Positions 54,376 to 64,000 of a stretch of DNA of 64,000 nucleotides are shown here, one piece after another (within the stretch, counting starts at the first letter, position 1; every line of letters begins with the position of its first letter). A program made the position numbers and the translations under genes. Under the pieces are notes generated by a model. The model had not been told where the DNA came from, did no database searches, and saw nothing but the letters and a program-made list of their open reading frames with translations. Source of the stretch: Mizuhopecten yessoensis (taxonomy: Eukaryota); contig NW_018408897.1 in the NCBI RefSeq assembly GCF_002113885.1, positions 543,151 through 607,150 of the forward strand, read 5' to 3'.

Positions 54376-55695
54376 AGACAAGAGATATATCATTTATAAA
54401 AAATTCTGCTGACATTTTACATGTTATCAAACATCCAGTATTCCTGTTGACCTTTTTGACTTGAACTTTGTACTTTAAAAAATGCAGTTTGATCATTAAT
54501 AACCCAATGTTTGTGTATCTAAGTCATCATACCCTGAATAAAACACTGAAAGGAAGAAAACAGTTTTAACAATATCACAGAATAATGAAATACAAAACAA
54601 CGGTTATAACAGATAGAAAATCAATGTGTTCCTTTTTCTCCTTGGAGATTTCAAAAGGTAACGGAATGGTTTGTCAATATTCATGTTGCCTTCACTAGCA
54701 TCCAATGACGTATTTTACACTGCAAATGAAAAACAAATCACCAACTGCTTGACTAAAGCTGTCAGGTCAATGTTAGCATAGATCTAAATACAGCAACTGG
54801 GATGGCGCCCACATCAAGGTGTGCATCTGATTAAGTCAGACAATTCCTAACAGTCTAGTCCTTTATGAAGTAATATAAAAAAGGCAATAAAGTCACAAAT
54901 TCTCTCATAGGATCACAAGCTTCGATATTTCTCATTTGACTGATAATAAAACTAATCTAAACAACAAAACCAATATTGTGGTTTTAATATCTCTAACTTC
55001 AGATTTCTAATGGTCTTATATTAGGGAAAACTAAAAAGGCCCTTAGATTAATTTGACAGAGGAATTTAAACTCTTTAACTGCAAACTGTTTGTCAGTGTT
55101 CAAAACTCTCAGCTAGGAAATGAAGATCTTGTACATGCCATCTTTAAATATCTCCTAAATCTTAAAATACTCTTCAAAATCATACTGAATTAAAAATCAT
55201 AGTTCTTGTTGAAACTTGAATATTTATGATAACAAATTGTACGTCATTGCCTCTACAACTGAGACAAAATCAATAGTAAGCTTGTAATGAATGGAGTAAT
55301 AAATGGATCTCATTTACAATGTTATAGAGACAGGAGAGAATACAGGTGGGGAGGGTAGGCCCAACAGTACAACAACACCTAAACTGTAAACCTCGGCCGA
55401 TGGACCGGCGTTCTTACGTCATGCTCTATAATTCAAATGACCATGATACAGGTGGGATTTAAATATTTAAGCAGAAAAATGCTCAATAGAGACAGGAAGC
55501 AGAATTTAATTCCATACATTCAAAATCTAATTCTTGAGTTGTCAGATAGAAGAAGTTAAATGAGATTATAATACACATTTGTAAAATTCCACAGGAAGTC
55601 AGCATGCTTGTGTAAATATTGGAACACAGCTCCAGGTGAGAGAGAGGTAAATCACAATCCTACCTAGATAAGGTTGTTGAGGAGTAACACAGCTA

Positions 55696-56552
55696 GCTCA
55701 GGTACAACCTCGTTACTCAGGTACAGGTACAACCTCACAACCCAGGTACAGGTACAACCTCGTTACTCCGGTACAGGTAAAACCTCACAACCCAGGTACA
55801 GGTATAATCTCGTTACTCAGGTTCAGGTACAACCTCGTAGCTCAGGTACAGGTATAATCTCGTAGCTCAGATACAGGTATAACCTCACAACCTAGGTACA
55901 GGTACAACCTTGTTACTCAGGTACAGGTATAACCTCACAACCAAGGTACGGGTACAACCTCACAACCCAGGTATAGGTATAACCTCGTTACTCAGGTACA
56001 TGTATAACCTCACAACCCAGGTATTGGTACAACCTCGTTACTCAGGTACATGTATATAACCTCCCAACCCAGATACAGGCACAACCTTGTTACTCAGGTA
56101 CAGGTACAACCTTGTTACTTAAGTACAGGTACAACCTTATCACCCATGTACAAGTACAACTTCACAACTATTTTACAGGCACAACTAAGTTACTGAGGTA
56201 CAGGTACAACCTCGTTACTGAGGTTTAGGTACAACCTCGTTACTCAGGTACAGGTACCTTAGGTACAGGTACAACCTCGTACAACCTCATCACTCACGTA
56301 CATGAACAACCTCACACCTAAGTTACAGGCACAACTAAGTTACTGAGGTACAGGTACAACCTCGTTACTTAGGTACAGGTACAACCTCGTTACTCAGGTA
56401 CAGGTACAACCTTGTTACTTAAGGACAGGTACAACCTTATCACCCATGTACAAGTACAACCTCACAACTAAGTTACATGCACAACTAAGTTACTGAGGTA
56501 CAGGTACAACCTCGTTACTTAGGTACAGGTACAACCTCGTTACTCAGGTACA
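55696..56552. repeat. 25-bp minisatellite (caggtacaggtacaacctcgttact)
   Basis: Tandem copies with alternating variants. Confidence 0.92.
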
Positions 56553-57518
56553 CTCTTCAAAACTTATGTATAAGTACACAGAAGCTCTCTAATGTAATGT
56601 CATGTGCATCTTCCTGTCACCAAGTTTGCTAATATAAAGTATTGGGTACAGTACTGTCACTCCAAATCACTGAAGTAATGTCTAGTGAATCTCCAAGTCA
56701 CAAAATTCACTAGTGTTGTTATAGTTCACTAATTCAATTTCCAGTGAATCTCCCAGTTGCAGAGTTGACAAATTTAATACCCAGTGAACCATGAACAAAG
56801 ATTACCATTTAATGTCTAGTAAAGTACAAAGTTTACTATTGCAATATACTGTATATCTAGTAAATGTTCTGATCACAGAATTTATTATGTATTATATTGT
56901 ATCTGCAGGTCTAATGTCCCGTACTGGAATGTATAGACATCTGTCTCATTAACCTAACAATACAGCATTAGAGTATCATCAGGAACCCAGTGTAAAGCAG
57001 AATCCAGTATAATTGACACCTCAACTGTTTATTTAAAAAGTTTATAAACTGAAATCTGTATAATTCAGAATTCTGTATAATTCAGGAATATGTATACTTC
57101 AAACATCCTTATACTTCAAAAATCTATATAATTCAAAAATTTGTATAAAACTATAGTTAAACTTATATTATTATCTAAGTCCTGACTGAAATAATTGATT
57201 CAACCACTATCTAACCTGATAAGCTTTGAGTTCATTTGTGTGACTTTCTTAATCTTAGGGAACATTAAAGATTGTAACTGTTGGTAAGGTTTGTGCCAAT
57301 CAGAAGTTTACAGAATTTATATGTTAGAAATGACCTCATTTCGTGTCTATCAAAGAGATAAGATAGAGAGGTAATTTCATGATGAAATACCCCACTCAAT
57401 TACCGTCCCAAACAACAGTGTTCATAGCTCAGTTTACATCCAAATACAAACAGACTATACAAGGAAACATAAAACAACCTGTCTATATCCTAGAGGTCAA
57501 TCAACAACTCAAACTTAC

Positions 57519-57660
57519 CTGGGTAGTAATGGGAGATGGACGTCCTCTTCTTAGGGAAGTAGTAGGGCGAAAAGAAATGGTGATGATGATGATGAGACAG
57601 GGGCAGATGTCTATGATGGTAGGCCCCTGTCCAGACGGGCTGCTGTACCAGGCAATCCAT
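57519..57660 (-). CDS. 2DBD-NR first coding exon (MDCLVQQPVWTGAYHHRHLPLSHHHHHHFFSPYYFPKKRTSISHYYP)
   Basis: ATG lies in an accATGg context with an open frame to donor cag|gtaagt. The 142 nt length gives phase 1, matching the next exon. Absent from the ORF track. Confidence 0.72.
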
Positions 57661-57814
57661 GGTCCAGGTGTGTGAAGATGGCGAAAAGGTAAATATAACA
57701 GTCGTTACAGGTGAGGTGAAGTATCTTGGGTCCGGCCAGCGATTATTATAAGGACAAATGCATGGCCACCGTCATGAAGTCTGGGTGTGTGTTTCTACTC
57801 TTGTTGAGAGCTCG

Positions 57815-58065
57815 TCAATACTAACCAATCTACCTGTCTACCTCACCTTACCTACCTGGGGAAATCCAATAATACCTAGCGGTCACGTGATCACCTAAAG
57901 TCTCTGGCAGGCACAGCTCCTATTTACCTACCGTTATTGGGTATTTGAATAGACACTGGTGCGTTTAGTGGTCGGGACAATACACAGTCTGTTCTCTCTA
58001 CAAGCGTCACCAATCAACCATTACCTGGTTGTTTTGGCACCCAGTCAAAATTAACCAATATTTAA
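57815..58065 (-). promoter_or_regulatory. Probable proximal promoter of the 2DBD-NR: E-box GTCACGTGA plus several CCAAT boxes
   Basis: ggtcacgtga at 57881-57890. CCAAT/ATTGG near 57825, 57866, 57936, 58010 and 58055, 160-400 nt upstream of the ATG. Confidence 0.45.
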
Positions 58066-58324
58066 AATAGACGACTAGTGTAATACATATCCGCATGATT
58101 GAACACTGTAAGTCTAAATGATATTAATTGTTAAGCTGGTGAAATTTATGACAGCTCTTCTTTCATTATACCAGTTCTTATCAGGTTTGTGTTTCTAAAG
58201 AAGATGAAAGATTTGGTGATTAAATTCAAAAGAGATAGGGATAGCACTACCTCATTATGTGTACCTAATAGGTAACAAAAGTGTAATCCTTTCACCTGAT
58301 AGGACCAACAAGGTTACAACTTCA

Positions 58325-61300
58325 ATGGACAAACACCTGTAATACTGTACACTGGACAAACACCTGTTATATCATACAGTGGTCAAACACCTGTAATACT
58401 GTACACTGGGTAAACATCTGTAATACTGTACACTGGACAAACACCGGTAATACTATCAACCGGACAAACACCTGTAATACTGTACACTGGACAAACACCT
58501 GTAATACTGTACACTGGACAAACACCTGTAATATCAAACACTGAACAAACACCTGTAATACTGTACACTGGACAAACACCTGTAATATCATACAATGGAC
58601 AAACACCTGTAATATCATACAATGGACAAACACCTGTATTATCATACACTGGACAAACACCTGTATTATCATACAATGGACAAACACCTGTAATATCATA
58701 CACTGGACAAACACCTGTAATATCATTCACTGGACACCTGTAATATCATACACTGGACAAACATGTGTAATATCATACTCAGGGCAAACATGTGTAATAT
58801 CATATAATGGACAAACACCTGTTATACTGTACACTGGACAAACAACACTACTACTGTATACTGGATAGACACATGTGCAGTGTACACTGGACAAACCCCT
58901 GTTACATCATACATTGGACAAACACCTGTAATACTGTTAACTGGGCAAACACCTGTTATATCATACACTGGACAAACACCTGTACTATCATACACTGGCC
59001 AAAGACCTGTTATATCATACACTACACAAACACCTTTAATATCATACACAGGACAAACACCTGTAATATCAAACACTGAACAAACACCTGTAATACTGTA
59101 CACTGGACAAACACCTGTATTATCATACAATGGACAAACACCTGTAATTTCATACAGTGGACAAACACCTGTAATACTGTAAACTTGACAAACACCTGTA
59201 AGTTCATACACTGGACAAACACCTGTAACATCATACACTAGACAAACACCTGTAATATCATACACTGGACAAAACACCTGTAATATCATACACTGGACAA
59301 ACACCTGTAATACTGTACACTGGACAAACACCTGTAATACCATCAACTGGACAAACACCTGTAATATCATACACTGGACAAACACCTGTAATATCATACA
59401 CTGGACAAACTCCTGTGATACTGTACACTGGACAAACACCTGTAATACCATCAACTGGACAAACACCTGTAATACTATACACTGGACAAACAGCTGAAAT
59501 ATCATACACTGAACTAAAACCAATAATACTGTCTACTGGACAAAAACCTGTAATATCATACACTGGACAAACTCCTGTAATATCATACAGTGGACAAACA
59601 CCTGTAATACTGTACACTGGACAAAGACCTGTAATACTGCAACCTGGACAAACACCTGTAATACTATACACGGGACAAACACCTGTAATACTGTACACTG
59701 GACAAACACCTGTAATACTATACACTGGGCAAACACCTGTAATACTATACTGGACAAACACCTGTAATACTGTACACTGGACAAACACCTGTAATACTAT
59801 ACACTGGACAAGCACCTGTAATACTGTACACTATACAAACACCTGTAATATAATACACTGGACAAACATCTGTAATATCCTACACTAGACAAACACCTGT
59901 AATATCATTCACTGGCCAAGCACCTGTAATACTGTAGGAGAAATAAACCTTGTTTAGTTATGATGAAATTTTACTTCATCTCCTGAAATATTCATAAAAA
60001 AATTCCGTGAAATTTGGGGGCATGGTTTCTACAACATTGAATCATGTTGGGCCAAGGATACTCTATATCAAATTAGATTAAGATAAAGCAATAGGATAAA
60101 GTAGGTAAAGATCATTTTCATTTGCAAACTTTGTTGGGCTCCTTCTAAGGAAACAACTTGTTAAAAAGCATGACTTCATGCCTGTCACTTCTTCAAAAGA
60201 AGCTGTTTGCACTTTTTGCTATATTTGACCCCTGTGACCTTGAAAGTAGGTTGAGGTAATTTTCAATAGCCAACTTTGTCGGGCTTCATCTGTGACAGTT
60301 ACAAGCCAAATATTATAATTCTATGCCTTTAGATTATTCAGAAGAAGTAATTTGAAGTGTTTGACATATTTGGCCCCTTTGACCTTGGTAAGTTGTGGTA
60401 TTTTTCATTCGCAAACATTGTCGGGCTCAATCCAAAGAAGACATCAGCCAAATAATATGATTCTATGCATTTCAATTATTCAGAAGANAACTGTACACTG
60501 GTCAAACATCTGTTATATCATACACAAGACAAACACCTGTAATACTGCACACTGGACAAACATCTGTAATATTGTACACTGGACAAACACCTGTTATATC
60601 ATACACAAGACAAATACCTGTAAAACTGTACACTCGTCAAACATCTGTTATATCATACACTAGACAGACACCTGTAATACTGCACACTGGACAAACATCT
60701 GTAATATCATACACTGAACAGACACCTGTAATACTGTATACTGGGAAAACACCTGTAATACTGTACACTAGACAAACACCTGTAATACTGTACACTGGGA
60801 AAACACCTGTAATACTGTACACTGGACAAACACCTGTAATATCATACACTGAACAAACACCTGTAATACTGTACACTGGGCAAACACCTGTAATATCATA
60901 CACTGGGTAAACATCTGTTATACTGTACACTGGACAAACACCTGTAATACTATAGGTGTTTGTTCAGTGTATGATATTTCAGGCGTTTGTCCAGTGTATG
61001 ATATTACAGGTGTTTTTCCAGTGTATGATATTACAGATGTTTGTCCAGTGTATGATATTACAGGTGTTTGTCCGGTGTACAGTATTACAGATTTGTACCC
61101 AGTGTTCAGTGTTACAGGTGTTTGTTCAGGGTATGATATTATAGGTGTTTGTACAGTGTACAGTATTACAGATATGTACCCAGTGTTCAGTATTACAGGC
61201 GTTTGTTCAGTGTATGTTATTACAGGTGTTTGTCCAGTGTATGATATTACAGGTGTTTGTCCATTGTATGATAATCGTGTGTTTTTCCAGTGTATGGTAT

Positions 61301-62005
61301 TACAGGTGTTTGTCCAGTGTACAGTATTACAGATGTGTACCCAGTGTTCAGTATTACAGGTGTTTGTTCAGTGTATGATATTACAGGTGTTTGTACAGTG
61401 TACAGTATTACAGGTATTTGTCCTTCTGTTATATCATACATTGGACAAACACCTGTACTTCTGTACACTTGACAAATGCCTGTAATACTGTACACTGGAC
61501 AAACACCTGTAATATCATACACTGGACAAACACCTGTAATCTGAACACTTGACAAACACCTGTAATACTGAACACTTGACAAATACCTGTAATACTGTAC
61601 ACTTGACAATCATTTGTAATACTGTACACTGGACAAACACCTGTAATATAATACACTGGACAAACACCTGTAATATTATACACTGGACAAACATCTGTTA
61701 TATCATACACTAGACAAACACCTGTAATATCATACACAAGACAAACATCTGTAATACTGTACACCGGACAAACACCTGTTACATCATACACTAGACAAAC
61801 ACCTGTTATATCATACACTATACAAACACCTGTTATATCATACACTGAACAAACACCTGTAATATCATACACTAGACAAACATCTGTTACATCATACACT
61901 AGACAAACATCTGTTATATCATACACTGAACAAACACCTGTAATATCATACACTAGACAAACACCTGTACTATCATTCACTGGCCAAGCACCTGTAATAC
62001 TGTAG
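58325..62005. repeat. 27-bp minisatellite (acactggacaaacacctgtaatactgt), two blocks, with an inverted segment
   Basis: Blocks at 58325-59935 and 60489-62005; inverted at ~60954-61425. Confidence 0.95.
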
Positions 62006-62099
62006 GAGAAATAAACCTTGTTTAGTTATGATGAAATTTTACTTCATCTCCTGAAATATTCATAAAAAAATCGTGAGATTTTATATCAATGATGTTTAA

Positions 62100-63235
62100 A
62101 TGTAAACAATCGGGATGGGGGCATGGTTTCTACAACATTGAATCATGTTGGACCAAGGATACTCTATATCAAATTAGATTAAGATAAAGCAATAGGATAA
62201 AGAAGGTAAAGGTCATTATCTTTTTCAAACTTTGTTGGGCTTTTCTAAGGAAACAACTTGTTAAATAGCATGACTTCATGCCTGTCACTTCTTCAAAAGA
62301 AGCTGTTTGCACTTTTTGCTGTATTTGACCCCTGTGACCTTGAAAGTAGGTTGAGGTAACTTTCAATAGCCAACTTTGTTGGGCTCCATCTGTGACAGTT
62401 ACTAGCCAAATATTATAATTCTATGCCTTTAGATTATTCAGAAGAAGTAATTTGAAGTGTTTGACATATTTGGCCCCTATGACCTTGGTAAGTTGTGGTA
62501 ATTTTCATTCGCAAACATTGTAGGGCTCAATCCCAAGAAGCCATCAGCCAAATAATATGATTCTATGCATTTCAATTATTCAGAAGAAGTCATTTTAGGT
62601 ATTTGGCACTTTTGACCCCTGTGACCTTGAAAAGGAGGTCAAGGTTATTTTCGTTCTAAACTTTGTTGGGCTCTTACCAACGAAGCTACCAACCACAAAT
62701 TAAGAGTCTATACCATTCAGTTCTTAAGAAGAAGTTGTGTGAAGTATTTGGACACTTTTGACCCCTGTGACCTTGAAAGTAAGTTGAGGTAATTTTCAAT
62801 TGCCAACTTTGTTCGGCTTTTACCAACGAAGCTACTAGCCGCATATTAAGATTTTATACCTTTCAGCTCTTCAGAAGAAGTCATTTTAAGTATTTGACAT
62901 TTTTGACCCCTGTGACCTGGAAAGGAGGTCAAGGATATTTTCGTTCTCAAACTTTGCTGGGCTCTTACCAATGAAGCTACCAACCACAAATTAAGATTCT
63001 ATACCTTTCAGTTCTTCAGAAGAAGATGTTTTAAGTATTTGACACTTTTGACCCCTTTGACCTTAAAAGTAGGTCAAGGTTATTTTTGTTCTCAATCTTT
63101 GTTGGGCTCTAACCATCAAAGCCATCACCCAATTATCATGACTCTAGGCCTGCTCATTCTTCAGAAGAAGTTGTTCAAAGAAAAAGTTGATGGACGACAG
63201 AGGACAGACGCTTGACAAATTGACAACTTGACAAT
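62100..63235. mobile_element. Non-autonomous Helitron/Helentron-type element with ~146-bp internal tandem repeats
   Basis: tttgacccctgtgaccttgaaag recurs near 62325, 62470, 62611, 62757, 62902 and 63047, and the element ends in a ggacgacagaggacagacg microsatellite. A partial duplicate lies at ~60015-60487. Confidence 0.6.
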
Positions 63236-64000
63236 TAATATATTTCCTGAATTTTCAAAAGTCAAAATATCATCAAATTTTGAAAATAAAAGTAAAAAAT
63301 ATATATCCTATAAACAAAACCCATTACAAAATAAAATGCTTGGTTAGATGTTAATTTTACATTCTATAGGTAAGATAATTAACTCTATCTCTAGATCCTG
63401 TGTTAGCACTGAATTATTCAACACAGAGGAAAACATATCAAAATGTAAAATGTTGATTAGATATTTCAGAATGGCACAGATCAATGTTTCCTCGGAACTG
63501 GTTTCCAGTGTAACTGGTACCAAGAATATGTTTTCTCCTACCTTCTAAATTTTACATCACAGTACACGTATTCCAGCAAATAAGTATCAGAGTGAAAGAG
63601 ATGTGACATTTATTTGAGGGTAGATTATCTCCCCTGGTAATCTATAACAGGTATGTGCAGCAGTCTACCAGTTTGTGCAGGGTGCTTTCTGTAGGCTGTT
63701 TTTGCACATTCATTTCATACAAACAAATTCGCTTAGTTTTGTACATAAAACATTTCATTAAAAGAAATTAAAAACTGAACATTTTCACATTCAATTCATT
63801 CAAAAAAATGCTTCACTTAGTTGCACATTAGTATTTATAAATGAAAATCTTTCAATACAAAAATAAAAGCAAATTCCTTATTTTTGGACTAGTTTTAAGT
63901 GAAAATAGATCACATGATGAAATGATACTGTACATTTAACTTAATCCTTTTAAACTTATTTCTTTTATTTTAAAATTAATATTCCCAGCAACATAAAGCA

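Larger units (their letters stand above)
20510..57660 (-). other. Gene model: nuclear receptor with two DNA-binding domains (2DBD-NR); no LBD found in window
   Basis: Six firm exons plus one tentative terminal exon join in frame (1962 nt). There are two complete C-X2-C-X13-C-X2-C...C-X5-C-X9-C-X2-C...GM domains. Introns 1 and 2 are about 16.5 and 16.8 kb. Confidence 0.9.

Noticed and set aside
53250-61980. Many overlapping repetitive ORFs (ITGVCPVYS, QYLLPGFL etc.)
   Set aside because: Translations of the 41-bp and 27-bp satellites.

Overview
This is eukaryotic, intron-rich, AT-rich animal DNA. A bivalve mollusc is the likely source (inferred from the SINE, MITE and satellite types and the receptor class). 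Two convergent spliced genes can be rebuilt by hand from GT-AG junctions with consistent reading frame. (1) On the + strand is a 5'-truncated Dispatched/Patched-family (RND/SSD) membrane protein: join(<814..2459,2674..2901,4689..4814,4995..5147,6908..7034,8433..8560,9701..9778,10008..10178,10343..10843), about 1050 aa visible. (2) On the - strand is a nuclear receptor with TWO tandem C4 zinc-finger DNA-binding domains (2DBD-NR; P-boxes CLPCKS and CEGCKK): complement(join(20510..20519?,21538..22774,23213..23354,23540..23646,23937..24081,40871..41049,57519..57660)), about 653 aa. No ligand-binding domain is recognisable in the window. A Ser/Pro/Tyr-rich, YxxSP-repeat low-complexity tail follows the DBDs instead. 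The introns hold more than 20 unrelated minisatellites. Two are built from an exon end plus its splice donor, and three contain internal inversions with template-switch-like junctions. Also present are a tRNA-derived SINE with TSD, CR1-type LINE and Penelope-like remnants, MITE/Helitron-type elements, and a probable assembly overlap at the N at 60488. Most long ORFs in the supplied track are satellite artefacts.
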